Source: Callorhinchus milii
Lineage: Eukaryota
NCBI RefSeq assembly: GCF_018977255.1
Contig: NW_024704743.1
Span: 75,890,001-75,954,000, forward strand
Reading direction: 5' to 3'
Length of the DNA: 64,000 nt
Shown here: positions 38,340 through 51,700 of the stretch, in pieces
Layout of the letters: every line of letters starts with the position of its first letter
Position numbering within the stretch: position 1 is the stretch's first letter
Notes under the pieces: generated by a model
The model's input: only the letters and a program-made list of their open reading frames with translations
Told to the model about the DNA's origin: nothing
Databases searched by the model: none
Position numbers and translations under genes: made by a program

Positions 38340-39070
38340 ACCTCCCTACCTCTTCAACCTGTTTATTCCCCACCCCACTACCCGCTGACTCCACTCGACT
38401 GGCTCCGGCCTTCTGTATGTTCCTAGTGCCCTCCGTTCCACCATCTGTCAGCCACTAGGCACCGAAACTCGGGAACACTATTCCTCTATCCCTCCACCTT
38501 GCCCCTTCCTTCCCCAACTTCAGATTGTGCCTGAAGACTTTCCTCTTCAACCTTGCCTGCAGTCACCAACCCCCTCCCTCCAGCCCAGCGTCAGGCTCAG
38601 TTATTATCAAGTGCTCCAAAACCCTGCTCCATGTGAAGGGCGCTATATAAAAGCAAGCTGTTGTTCTTATTGAAGGAAAAAATAATCAGAGTTCATTTTC
38701 AGTGGAACAAGAGATTATCATATACCAGCCCCACATCAGGACTTGGAACTCATATAGTCTAAACTGACAATCCAATACACTGCTTGGGATGTACTGCATT
38801 TTTAGAGGTGCCATCCTTCAGATGAGATCTTCAACCAAGATCCTGTCTGCCTGTCCAGATATTGTTAAAGATCCCATTGCCCTATTCGAAAAGAGAAAGG
38901 AATTTCCCCCAAATAAAGTTGGTCCCTCACTCCTTGGTTGTTTGTGGAACATTGCTGTGCGCTAATTGCCTGCTGCATTCAGCACAAAACACCCAGTATA
39001 TCCTGTGAAGCGCTTTGAGATGTCCTCCATACATGAAAGGCATCATACCAAATGTAAGGATTATTATTAA
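38340..39070 (+). mobile_element. L2 3' end (~38340-38670) followed by older Deu SINE (~38722-39070)
   Basis: L2 tail GAAGGGCGCTATATAAAAGCAAG; Deu body GGTGCCATCCTTCAGATGAGA...AAAGATCCCATTG. Confidence 0.7.
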
Positions 39071-42046
39071 ATGGGCAAAGCCAGCACGTCCAAAACATCT
39101 AGCCCAGCTAAAACCAGCATTTGTTTCAGATTTTCTTTACAATATTCTCTAAATTATCGATCATTGGAACTGAGTTGCTGAAAAACAGATTTCAATCATA
39201 TAATTTCATAGAAGATAGTGTACTGAATATTTCAATAGACGTGCTGTAGTCCTGAACAACTCGGATTTGTAAAGTTGATGCTTTCTGAAATAAATATTGA
39301 AAATAATTGTGGCTGTTCATTTTTACAATTAAACTGAGTTAGATATTTCCAAAGCAGGCCTCAGGCCAGGAGGAAGAACCATAGAAATACCAAAGTTGGA
39401 AAATAGATTTCGAAATAGGATTAAGGAAGAAGTTTTAAATGTTCACTGCTTCCAATGAACACTTCTCCCAGTCTGATCTTATCCCTTTAACCCTTTAAAC
39501 CATCCCCATGGAGATGCTTATCCAAATCTTCCATGATATTTTAATATTAATATTGCCTGAAGACCTTCCCATTCTACCGTGCCTACAGTTACCTCTTCTT
39601 TCTCCCAGCTGGGTGTTGTGCTCCGCCACTGTCAAGTGTTCAGGGATGTTACCCTGCAAGAGGGGGCGCTATATAAATGCAAGTCGTTGTTGTTAGAATT
39701 AAAGCAATCAATAAAAGTCTCAAATGTTGAACTTTCTCAAATCCCTTCTAAAAAATCCAAGCTCTATAGCCTTCATTTAACTAGTTCAGTTACGTCTTCA
39801 AAGAATACTACAGTAGCAGTTTTATGAGGCATAATAAGTACGCCATAGAAAATCTGTACTAATTCCCTGTATCATGCTCTGAATATAGAGTGTTGGTTAA
39901 CATTGAACTTTTTGCTAGACTCATAACAAAATACAGTCACTATACTCTAGAATACTGGGAAGAGCTTTTAGAGGTTGATGATTTGGCAAGATGTTGCATC
40001 AAATGCAGGAACTATTTGTTTTATTATTCGTTAAATATCAGGATAACATCTCCTATCCTCCGGTCCTTAACTACAGCTCCAGTGCTTATAGATCTCCTAA
40101 AATGACTAGCCAGATCCTCATCTATTTCCTCTTGCATTTCCTTGACACTGGAGCTTATCTGTCTCTTCCCTTACAGTCTTTCAATTCTTTGAGTTTGTTC
40201 TTAACACACAATCTATTGATAACTACTTGGGTTTAACATTCCAGTGGCAACCAACTGAATCTGGAATTTGATCACAGTCTTCACGATTGGTTTATGTTTA
40301 TCAGATCTTTCATGCGAATACAAGGCATGAAGTTGTACCAATATAAACAGTATACAAGTACAGTATACAGTATACAGTATCAAGCAACAGTATACAAGGG
40401 TGAATTCTATTAAAGAGGCACTGACTGCTTGAAAAAGTGTCAACTTTGTCATGATAATGTCATACTTTACAGTATATTCTGTGAAGCGCTTTCAGACATC
40501 TCAATGACATGATAAGGTGCTGTATCAAAATCAAGGATTATTATTAATTCACATCACGATCTTTCATGATAGAAGAGTTCATATACTCCTGTAAAGGTGT
40601 AAAGAAGATCTAACGGTGCAAAGATTTATAAAGAATGTACAAGTTTTACGATCTCACTATCCTCTGCATGAATTAATACCTCCTAAGTTCTCTTTTGGAC
40701 ACCCTAGTCACTATATTATACTTGTTACTTGTTATGGATTCCCAAATAGAAAAAACAGACTATTTGTGCTAATCTTATCAAATGCTTTTATAGTTTTAAA
40801 CACCTCTATTAGGTCCCCCCTCAAACATCTCTTCTCTAGCGAAAAAAGGCCTAACCCATCCTGATAGCAGTACCTTGCCAGCCCTGGTATCATCCTAGTA
40901 AACCTACACTATACTCTTTCCATCACTGCTATATCCTTCTTATAGTGTGGCCACAGGAATTGGACACAGTATTCCATATGGGGTCTTACCAAAATTTGGT
41001 ACGAATTCAAAATCACTTCCTGACTTTAGTACTCTATCCCCCTGGATATAAAGCCCAAGCCTTATCTGCCTGTGTAGTTATTTTGATTTCATTTCCAATG
41101 TCTCACTTGTCCCAGTGGCATGACTGAAACCAGTTTGTTGCCATTTTGTGATTTTCATTGAAGCACCAGCTGAAGGATTTCTGCCTGAGAGGAGTGAGAC
41201 AGCCAGAATGACAAAGTACCACGGCGCTTCCAAGCACAATGCATCAGCAATAATAGCCCCAAACCTGGACAGGAGGGCTGCAACCAGACAGATGGCATGT
41301 TCAGTGCTCCGATTCTTTCCGGTGGAGGAGTACTGAAAAGCTGTGAATGGCTCTGCTGATCAGCCATAATAAAGCTTTCAATACAAATCAAAGATTCCCT
41401 TGGCTTTTTATTAATTTTGAAAAGCTGTCGTACATTTTCAGTTTCAATTCGACTGATAATTACGAAAGGAAGAGTCATTCTCTTCTGGCCAGTCTATTAG
41501 ACATAGAACACTTCTCCCTTTGAACATTATAACAAGTGTCTCTTGGTCTCCAGAGACTTCATTACTTTCTCAGGCAAAAAGGTCAGTTATCGAACCCTAT
41601 TTTCGAACGACGTGCGATTCTGTCTTTATTCTGCACCTTTACCATTGTTTCTGCTTCAAAAACTTCAATGAAATCTTTTTAAAAAATAGCTCATATAAAT
41701 TGGACTGAAAAATGGCAGATATTACAGTGGATAAACACTGGGAAACTTGCAAAAATGTGATGAAAGGGTTCAAACTAAACACATTCCTTAAACAATGTAA
41801 AAAGGGTGCAACAACGGCTAACATTTCATCTCGTCATAGCCTGTGAGAGCACTTTGTCTTAAAATTTAGGATGTGTCAAACATACTTATATTCAGTATTA
41901 ATTTGAAAGCCAGTTCTTTATAGGAGCTGCAGAAAAACGGTTTCCAGATTAAAAGTGAATTTTAGAAGTTTCCACAATTTTGTCCGATCTTACATTTTAA
42001 AACAAAATGGTCTTACAGAATTTGTTTATGTTGGAGAGTGGAAGGT

Positions 42047-42368
42047 GGAGTCTTATAATTCGGTGATTAGAGCACTCGCCTCGCAAGCGAGAGACCTGGG
42101 TTCGATTCCCAGCAGGGAGAAACCTTGGGCCAGTTTTCTTACTCTACACGCCTGATAATAATCCCTCAAGAAAAAAATAATAAATTGGTCACTTCAATCC
42201 ATGACTATTTGTGGGACACTGCTGTGCACAATTGGCTGCCATGTTTCACCCACAAATATACAGTCAATTCACTTTACAGTATATTCTATGAAGCGCTTTG
42301 AGACATCTAAAAGACATGAAAAGCGCTGTATCAAATGCAAGGATTATTATTATCAATATTATTATTAT
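42047..42368 (+). mobile_element. Full-length SINE (short subfamily)
   Basis: tRNA-like head, Deu part, hairpin with TAAAA-type loop, (ATT)n tail. Confidence 0.88.
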
Positions 42369-42404
42369 ATATCATGCTTAAATGCCAAACTGACAATTCT
42401 ATGC

Positions 42405-42830
42405 ATCCCACCTACACATGGAAATTCCAGAGATCGATTGTTGGAATGGATTGCACACTCTCTTTCTGGAGGGATGCATCCTATTTACCCAATTCGGGAA
42501 AGTATTAGGCACAGGTTGGCAAGAGTTAGGTTTGGGGACCCCAGAGTGTTCCCAGAGTGGAGTCTGACCAGCTAAAACACATAGATTGCCATTGATATCA
42601 CTGTCTGACAAGCTTTCTCACTGCTTGTCCAGCTAGGAACACCCTGTCCGTTAGGGCTTTGGTTTGCAGGGTTAACAAGAGCTGAGTGAGATGATTCTTT
42701 GCCCCAAGTGAGTGGTCTGCCCTTCCAGGTCCTGTGGATGAGCAAGGCAGGTTGTGCTGTCATCAACAGTGTCCTGGAGTACTGTGGACTCTCCTGGCTC
42801 AGGAACTGGACTACCAAGACCACCTCTAGC
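42405..42830. repeat. Unclassified ~500-bp repeat family copy (followed by a minus-strand CR1 end, ~42833-42960)
   Basis: Colinear with 30725-31235; IFTQRVARMWNLL in ORF 42572-43030. Confidence 0.75.
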
Positions 42831-43154
42831 ACCTTACCTGGCAAAAATAACTTGTTGCCATTTGCTCCAACCACAGCTTCCAGCAACAAGTTCCACATTC
42901 TCGCCACCCTCTGTGTGAAGATGTACCTCCTGAATTTGTTGACAGTAACTTTTGCAACATGTGTCTCCCGTAATTTCGGTCCTACAGAGAGGGGACATTC
43001 ATCCCAGGAATTTAAATTGCTATAAACCATGAGACCAAAGCTTGAGTATTTACTATGGATTTAATCATCAGTCAAATCCCAAAGAAAGATTCCTACCTTT
43101 TTATTGAGCTGTAAGAAGTTGATCATGGCATAGCGGCCGACAGATCACACAGGA

Positions 43155-43480
43155 ACAACAACAAGAAATCACATTTTTGTAGTACCTTTCATGACAGGAG
43201 GATGTCCCGAGCCAGAATCAGGGACAATCAGGGATCCGCATTCGAGCAGGTGGTTGGGATCAGGAGGGGTGGGGGGCAGGGAGGGTACAGGTAGGAGAGA
43301 GACAGAAGGCATGGTCGAAGAAGAGGGTCTTGAGATGGGCCTTGAAGGAGGCAAGGGAGGGGGCGAGAATGGAGTTCCAGAGGGTGGGGGCAGGGAGGCT
43401 GAAGGCCTGACTGCCAATGGTGGGCGAGCAAGGTGGGGGATATGAAACAGGCCATAGCCCGCTGAGTGGAGAGAGCACTT
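43155..43480 (-). mobile_element. L2 3' end
   Basis: TIGSQAFSLPAPTLWNS...SFKAHLKTLFFDHAF in ORF 43260-43478; (AAC)n tail. Confidence 0.8.
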
Positions 43481-44164
43481 ACTGTTGCATACATTGAGGA
43501 TTTTGCAAAATTCTGTATACTTGCATGACACAGTGACAACTGGTGAACATCCACCCTTGGCTGGAAAGTAAGGCTGAAAACAGAGGTTAGATGAGGTTAG
43601 AGTCAGCTATAGGGTGTTTGAGCCCTACCATTTGTCTGCTGGTCTTAGGCCTTCCTCAACCATGGAGCTTTTTCTTGGAGATGACCACCGGGTGCAGGAA
43701 AGGCTCATGGTGCTTGGTACTTCTCCAGTTTCAGGCAGAGCCAGTGAACTACTAACTTGGCTTGATAGACATCCCTCAGGCTACTTGTCTACAGGTTGAT
43801 TGTGACATACGTTTGGTTGCACCACAATTGGACAATCACAGCTTCTTACTGCTGTGTGACAACTCTGCAGCACTCTTACTGCAGGTATTCAGATCACTAC
43901 TTTGTTAGCTCTCCTGAAACCTGGAATTCTCCCCCCTCCCCGTTTTAAAAATTAACACTCCACTCAGTTTTACTCTGAAAGCTGATTTCCATCGGTTCTT
44001 AAAAAAAAGCTTCCAAATGAGTTCTGTGTAATCTTAAATTATGAGATAGAACAGCAGGCTAAATCTCGGTGGGATTTCAGGTTTACGCTGTGTTTTTTAA
44101 CAGGAAGTGTTAGAAGGCTGTTCTCTGTTTTACTGACTTCGTCAGCATTCAGGAGCAATTTACT

Positions 44165-44560
44165 AACAACTGCTTACATTTATTTAGCACCCTTCACGCA
44201 GGGCAGCATCTTGGAACGCTTTACAGGAGTGGATCCTGATGCCGAGCTGGGGGAAGGAAGGAGGTGCACCGTAACCAAGGTCAAAGAGGAATGGCTTCAA
44301 TCATGATCTAAAAGAGAGGAGGGAGGGAGCAAGGTGTAGGGATTGAGGGAGAGAGTTCCAAAGCTTTGGGGAATAGTGGCTGAAAGCACAGCCACTGATG
44401 GTAGAGCGGAGGAGACGAGGAACAAGCAGGAGGCTAGAGCTTGCCAAGTGAAGGCAGCTGGTAGTGGAATGGGGAGAAAGCAGGTCAGAAGGTAAGGGGT
44501 GCCCGGGCGTGAATGGATTTGTAGGCGAGTGAGAGGACAAGTGGAGCACAAACCTCTTAA
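44165..44560 (-). mobile_element. L2 3' end
   Basis: LLLVPR...STISGCAFSHYSPKLWNSLPQSL in ORF 44301-44549. Confidence 0.75.
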
Positions 44561-46602
44561 TTTTAGAAGGTTACTTGAATCAGCATGGGTGTTGTTTTTG
44601 TGCTTACAGTGTGAAAACATTTGTGCTGAATAATTAATAATTGTGACAAGGTTTGCCACAGATTTTTCAAGAAATAATTTGCAGTTGATCATTACCAAAC
44701 ATATCAGAATTATTTTTTCACACAAAATGACTTATCTCAGTTTGAACTAATGATGATATTTTTATTTATATCTGTGGGAGTAAAGAACATTTTCTGCAGC
44801 TTTAAAAAATATACGATTTTGGTGCTTCGCTCCATCAATGATCCTTGCATTTACTATAGTACCTTATCAGTCAGAACATCTCAAAGCCCTTCAAAAGATT
44901 TACTGTAAAGTGTAGTGACTGCATATTTGCAGGGGAATGCCACAGCTAATTTATACACAGCAAAATTGCACAAACAACCATGAAATGATTGACCAATTTA
45001 ATCTGGTGGATTATTGGTGGGGTCACCAGGAGAAACTCCCTTCTCTTATCCAATAGTGACGGAATCTTTAATGTGAATGGGTTTAACTCCTCGTGCAAAG
45101 TATTTAATTTAAATTTAAAAGCTGATGACCTTTTTCAATGTTCACTAACAATAAATGATGTAAATGCTGTTAATCACACAATGAGCACTGCTTTACTCAG
45201 AAGAGTAAACAGTCTGCCATTCCACTAACATATTGTGAATGCAGAAAGAATATAGCAATGGCTCATGGGTCACCCAATTAAATTCGCCCCAAAGAATTAC
45301 TCAGAAAAAAAGGACCTTAGACCATCTTACTCACAATGGATGAAATCAAAATTATTAACATGATTGTATTAAAAAAAATTAAGGTGGGAATGGAAATTTG
45401 GTCTGCCATTCCAATGGCATTTCAATGGAAACTGATCATTGGTGTACAAAGGGTCAGATTAAATTGGAAAAACACTGCAAAAGGGATGAGAGTTTGTATC
45501 ATTGAAAACATATGCTTATTTTGAAAGGAAAAGGGATTCAAAAGAAGTGTGGGACGCTGTTGGTTTCAAGGAGAGCTGCTATCATACACTGTCAGTTTAG
45601 AAGAACAAGCATAAAGCATTGTTCATCTTTTTTAACATAAGGTGATGAAAGGACTGACTGTCGAATTGCAGGTGTTTCCTTTTGTCTTAATGTCTCTTAT
45701 GAGATACCACGAGAGTACCTCACCAATCTGGGGGAACTGATTTGAGTGCCAAATTAATTCAGTGTTAAATGTAACACTGTGGTGGTAAATGGTGAAATAT
45801 TGGATGGTAATGCATTGTGTAGCTACAACAGTGCCTGCCAAAGTTCATCTGGTTCTGTTGAACTTTCAGGCAGTCCAGAAGTATACAGAAAAGAGAACGT
45901 ACAACAAATGTATTAATAATAAAATAAACAAGCAAAAGACATCAAGACTGTGATTAAACTGAACAGCAATTAATAGCACAGTTGTTATTGTCCCTTGTGG
46001 TACTAGTTGAGTTAAGCAGTTCTGATGGCAAGCTGCATTTTAGTCTACAACACATTCTTCTGAATTACAAATAAAGGTCCCCTGCAAAAAACTGACCCAT
46101 TTTCTGAATCCTCTGACCTGACTTCATAACAAGAGAGAATTAGTATAAGATAGCCATTAGCAGATCTAAAAGAGAGTTTAGGAGGAACTTCTTTACACAG
46201 AGAGTGAAGCTGTGTTGCCCACCGGAAATCTCACATGGAGTTCTTGGAACCTGCCATCCACTTAGTGAGGGCTCAAACCCATGCTTGTTCGATGCCAAAT
46301 GTCTACCTAGGGACTATCCTCCATGGAGGGGGGGATTGTAAGTGGCATTTCCTTGGAGCTGAACTGGCTCCAAGGTGACATATTTGGCAACAGATTATCA
46401 ACATCAAGTCAACCTTTTGTGGCAGTCTCAGTAATCAAGTTCCTGAGCCTGGCAGGTCCACAATATCAGGGCACTGCTGATGACAGACCAGCCAGCCTGG
46501 CTCATTCGTAAGACTTGGAATGATAAACCAAGCCACTGAAAACATCAAACAACCAGTTATACCACACAAATGACTTGAAAAATAAGCGGTGACTTACTCT
46601 CC

Positions 46603-46856
46603 TCTACCTATTCTGTTAGGTATTGGGGGTCCTATGGCAATATTCGAGCAGAGAGAGTGGCTATCTCACAGTGTCCTGGCCAAGAATCCTCCAAATTGAT
46701 TGGTCATTTATCTGCTGGCATCTCTTGACAATGCTGTGTGCAAATTAGCTGCCGTTTTCACTACAAATGTACACAACCACTATACTTAATGTCAATTATT
46801 CTAAAACATTTGAGCTCTTTTGATGATTATGGTTTGTCATCAACAGTGCCCTGGAC
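46603..46856 (+). repeat. Left arm of a ~255-bp inverted duplication (partner 57232-57486)
   Basis: Manual alignment to the reverse complement of 57232-57486: about 21 mismatches and 1 gap in 255 nt (~91%). Confidence 0.9.
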
Positions 46857-46869
46857 GCCGATAACTGCC

Positions 46870-47075
46870 TCTCCTGATAACTGATGGTGGAAGCCGATTT
46901 GATAACAACTTTTAAGAGAGAAGTAGATAATTATTTGGGGAAGACAAGTTTGCAGAGCTATGGGGAGAGAGTGGGGGAAGTGGGATTGATTTGGATAGCT
47001 CTTTTAAAAGAGTCAACATAGGCATGATGGGCTGAATGGCCTCCTTCTGTGTTGTATAATTCTATGATTCTATGT
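46870..47075 (+). mobile_element. CR1 3' end
   Basis: GGGCTGAATGGCCTCCTTCTGTGTTGTATAATTCTATGATTCTATG tail, same family as the 18927 tail. Confidence 0.8.
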
Positions 47076-47719
47076 GTCCAGCCTTCTCAACAGTCTTGCA
47101 GTGTAAATGGGAGCTGAGTGGGATGATTCTCTGCCCCCAGTGACTGTCTGCCTCTCCAAGTCCTACAGATGATCCAGGCTGGCTGCGCTGTCATCAGCAT
47201 TGCCCTGAAGGACTGTGGACCTGTCTGGCTCAGAGACTGCAACTGAGGGCTGGTTTGACATGATATTCCATTACCAAACATGGCACTTTGTAGTCAGTTC
47301 AGTTCCAAGGAGATCCCGCTTACCTCCCGCCAAGGAGGATAGAGTAGAAAGACAATCTTCGAGACAGCAAATATTTACTTATTGTCAATTTATTTTAAAT
47401 TAAAGCATATTGCTTTGAAAGTTTAGAATTTGCTTGTGTTTTCTTATAGCTCAGGTCGTTGTATCCTATCTTCCTCTTAAATCAATGACTGGAACAAGAA
47501 AGACGATTGAGGCCAGGACAACTGGAAGGATGAGATCGGATGGGGCAAAGGGCATTCTTCATCCAAACTAATCTTGTAATCTTACCTTTGCTCCTTGTTC
47601 TGGCAGAATGTACAGAGATGCACATAAACTAATATGGACATCTGCTGGGATATGAGCTTTCTGTGCCAAGAGTAATGCTGATGTAGGAAACCATTCACTC
47701 CCATTCCGGGTAAACTGCT

Positions 47720-48024
47720 GGATTGAAATTCCATTGTGTCTTAACTTGCAAGGCCCTATTGTCTTAAAATTTAAGATTGCAAAACTTGTGTTAAATTCTT
47801 AAACATGATCATAATTTATAATATTAATAATCCTTGCATTTGATATAGCGCCTTATCACATCTTCGAGATGTCTCAAAGTACTTCACAGAATACAGCGTA
47901 AAGTGAATGAAATGGGTCTGTTTTCAGAACCGTAAATTAATACTGAATTTTCAGCAATTCTGCACAAACTTAAATTTTAAGCCAAAATGATTTCACAGGT
48001 TGAGACTAGGTGGAATTTTGACCC
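47720..48024. mobile_element. MITE-like element with long imperfect TIRs, interrupted by a SINE tail (~47822-47910)
   Basis: GAAATTCCA...TTGTCTTAAAATTTAAG at the left versus CTTAAATTTTAAGCCAA...GAGACTAGGTGGAATTTTGACCC at the right; relatives at ~41855-42025 and ~55506. Confidence 0.55.
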
Positions 48025-49629
48025 TAACATGTATTCTTGAAGGAACCCAGAGAATGGGTGTCTCAATAACTTCTGAGGCGTCAATCAGCGGACTAAGGTT
48101 TCAATATAGCCAGGTGAGCCAGTTCCAAGCCAGTTATTATCCAAGATGAAAAAAATCTTTCATTCAGCAAAGCAGTCTCACATTCATAATAGAAATTCTT
48201 ACATATCTCTTATCCAGTCAAGAGAGAAGGCTCTACCACGAAGCCGCTGTGCAACTCAAACATAGCTGAAAAGAAATAGCTGTGCTGGAAGTACTCCCAA
48301 CCCATAATCTTGCCATTGAGCATGTCAAGATTGTGCTGGCTATATATTGGTACTTGAGCTCACAGTTTAGACTGACAGTCCAACGTGGTGCTGGGGGAAG
48401 TGCTGCAATTTTTGGGGGTGTGGTCCTTCAGATAAAATGTTAAATCAAAGTCGATTTTCAGCTGAACAATAAAGATCCCATTACACCGTTTTAAATAATT
48501 GAAGAAAATTCTCCTAGAGAACAATCCTCCATATTATTTTTGTTTAGTCACGTGCCTAACAAATGCAGAAATTAATTGTGATGCTTGAGTCTTCAAACCA
48601 AATTAATGAAACCATATGTGCAGCTTCTATTTGTTTGGTAAGGAGCACTCTCTCTCCAGAGGTATTCCCCAGCTTTCTTATGCATAATCAAATGTTAGGA
48701 TTATTAATAATAATTATTATTATTATTACTTCTGGAGAATTGAGGCACAGGTTGGCAAGAACCAAGTCTTGGGGACCTGCTGAAGTTTAATCAGCTCGCT
48801 TGCCATTTAATAGCTTGCCATTGAGAGCACCTGTCAGGGAAGCTTCCCACTGCATGTCCAGCTAAGACCTATCAGTTGGAGCCCCAAACCTTGCGTACTT
48901 AACAAGAGCTGAATGGAAAAAAATCTATCCCTCCTTCCCCCGTGACAGATCTGCCCATCCAAATTTGCTATTGAGCCAAGCTGGTTTGTCTATGATTAAC
49001 AGCGCCTTGGAACAGCATGCCTCAGGAATCAAACTACCGAGACCACAACAGAGGGTCAACTCAATTCCAATATTTCATTGCCATACATGTTAGTTTTAGC
49101 CAACTCACCCTCAAGGATACGCAATACCCCACCTCCCCACCAAAGAAGAGATCTGTAGATAAGTTGGATAAATATATCTAAATATAATGACCATTCACCT
49201 CATGGCTGTTTGTGGGTTGTTGTTGTGTATAAACTGGCTCCCACATTAACCTAGTAAAACAATATGTTAGAGTAAATACAAGTGAAGCATTTCTTGGTGT
49301 GATAAGATACTATAGAAGGTAAGTTCTTTCTTTGTGGGTAAAGCAGCTGGGCCTGGGTATGTGTGGAATTCGAAGAATAAGCACTGCCAGAGGAATATTG
49401 CAACCGGAGTAATATATAGTTACATTCCAACTTGTTTGACTAATTTCATAACAACTTTGTGTCTGCCATCAAAACTGATCTAAAATAAAACTTTGAAAGA
49501 CTAAAGGCTATGCGGTTCCTCCATTCCACCTCATATGGTGAAATAAGTATAGTTGTCACTTTGACTGGCTGACAGCAAGACCCTTTTAATATACATATAT
49601 ATGTCAATTACAAAATTGATAGGGAGAAA

Positions 49630-49970
49630 GACATAGAAGAAGACCATTCAGCATATTAAGTCTGCACTGACTTCAAAACAAGCTGTACTTTCAATCCCAC
49701 TGCCCTGGTCTGTTACCATACCACTTTAAGCCTCCATCATTCATATATCCATGTACATCCCTCTTGAAACCCACAATGGATTCTGCCTCTATCACCTTAC
49801 TTGGCAGGGCATTCCACATCCCAACAACTCTCTGTGTGAAAACATTTTTCCTAAACTCTCCTTTCGCTCTTCTTGGGACTATCATATCTATGTCCCCCTA
49901 GTCACTGACTCCAGTGGAAATAGTTTCTGCCTATTCAACCTGCCAAAGCTTCTCCTAATTTTGAATACTT
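49630..49970 (-). mobile_element. CR1 3' end
   Basis: FRKNVFTQRVVGMWNALPSKVIEAESIVGFKR in ORF 49691-49885. Confidence 0.85.
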
Positions 49971-51295
49971 GGCTTTGGGGAATGGGATTTAAACACCTCT
50001 TTGTTGCTAAGTTGCTACCTTGAGAAACAAGCAGAATTTTGTCCTTGCAGTCTTCAAGTGTCTTACCTCAACATACTGCTGCAAGTGTGCTCGGAAAGGG
50101 TTCCTCTCAGAGGCTAATGGGTCCATTCATGGGCCCAATGCAGCGTATTAATAATAAGACAAAAGCAATGAGGAGGGAGGGAGCACTGGGGAGCTTTGGT
50201 CCCACTGTCACGTCAATGCCAGATGCCCCATGGTCAGGCTGCTTTGAGTGGTTCATGTGCAATGAGAGGCAAGTTGTACTAATTGCTGAATGGACACAAT
50301 TAATGAGGTCTCCACTGAATTTCCAGCTGAGCAGCAGAGAAAGATACGGCCATAAGCAGACGTGACATCACTTCCCGTCTTGTAACCATAGAGACAGTAA
50401 TCAGTTCGCAGAACAGTTTCTCAATCAGAATGGGTTTTCTTTTAATATAAAAAAAAGCTTTTAAAATGGGCTGCAGAGTCCATGCAATCTAGTTTGTTAC
50501 TCGTGTAATAATACTACCTGAGACGCCTCACTCATAATCAATCATTGGAGATTTTTAAACAGCGCCAATTGCCGAAACTAAAACAATGCCCTGACCACTT
50601 ATCAACTATCACTCAGTAAATACTTTCTTTAAACGTACAGGGCAGCAAAGCTCCGGTTGTATTATACAGCACAGTTTAAGGTATTAACCGTCCATTTGAG
50701 TAGTCAATTTCTCATGACAACACGATTCATTAAAAGGAGAAATTGTACAATATCTGAGTGACAACAATCAATTAGGAAGCTCACTCTTTCAGTACATTAC
50801 TATTTAACAATGGCTAGCACAGGGAACACCTTCAATGTCTCAGGGCTCTTCAGGATTGAACCATCACAGTAAACAGTATTGATAAAGTAGCTTTCCTTGA
50901 AACCATTTTTTTTTGGTATGTATAAAATATTGGATTAAGCTATGCCGAGAAAGAACATTCAAATCTATATTGGTGGGCAAACAGACACAGCCTGCAACCT
51001 CTGTTCACTGCAGCTTCACATCGTGCTCATAGTGGAGTTGCAAACATTAGCAACAGAGCAATTTCCTTAACAGAAGCTAGCGGAAAGTAGAGAATGTGGA
51101 GCAGATTCAGACCTGTCCAGTCCTATCTGGCAGCAAGTCTCAGGGACTTTTTGCAACTAACAGTACATTCTGAGAAAGGAATGCACTTAAACCTCCACTC
51201 AAACATGTATTTCCAAAAGCACACAACAAACACATACACAGAAACTCAAGTCATTTCACATGCACAACTCTTTCATTCAAAGTCTCTTTGCTTAC

Positions 51296-51380
51296 CTATA
51301 GTGAAGCTAAATCCGTCAATGCTGAAAGTGGCACTCCGGCATTTTTTAAACCCTTGTTTCCTGCTATTTGGCTCAGTCAT
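51296..51380 (-). CDS. PDE1C: PDE1 (likely PDE1C) long-isoform coding exon 1, MTEPNSRKQGFKKCRSATFSIDGFSFTI(V)
   Basis: Manual reverse-complement translation: ATG at 51380, in-frame TGA upstream (~51456), donor TAG|GTAAG at 51295, 85 bp, phase 1. The GFKKCRSATFSIDGxSFTI motif matches the vertebrate PDE1C long N-terminus as recalled. Paralog assignment (1C vs 1A) is less certain than family. Confidence 0.88.
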
Positions 51381-51700
51381 ATTCGTACTGTATTCTTTCT
51401 GTACTTCAGATACAGCAACTGTCACGTCAGAACTTCTGGCTTTTAAAGCTCGCGATCAGCTGTCCCTGAAATCCTGCTTCTAGCAATGCTGTCGCCTGAC
51501 CTCACGCATCTCCTAATGCTAGGAGACATACACCCAGCAGCATCTCCACCCCTAATGTATTCCCTGACATGCTACACGTAATCTGATTAATCTGCGACAC
51601 CTAACAACCCGAGCCACGTTCTATGGTAACAGTCACCAGTTCCCTCATCATCACATTTGATACGACTGTCAGACAGAGAGACTCTTTGCTACAATTATTT
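51381..51700 (-). promoter_or_regulatory. Putative 5'UTR/proximal promoter of PDE1C exon 1
   Basis: Repeat-poor DNA with several CpGs upstream of the ATG. CRE-like TGACGTGA (51422-51429, minus), TATA-like TTTAAAA (~51441-51447), X-box-like GTTCTATGGTAAC (51618-51630). TSS unknown. Confidence 0.45.

Larger units (their letters stand above)
15608..51295 (-). other. PDE1C intron 1 (35,688 bp, GT-AG)
   Basis: Defined by the exon 1 donor and exon 2 acceptor. Confidence 0.8.

Noticed and set aside
51094..51483. 129-aa plus-strand ORF over exon 1
   Set aside because: Antisense shadow of exon 1 with no recognisable protein features.
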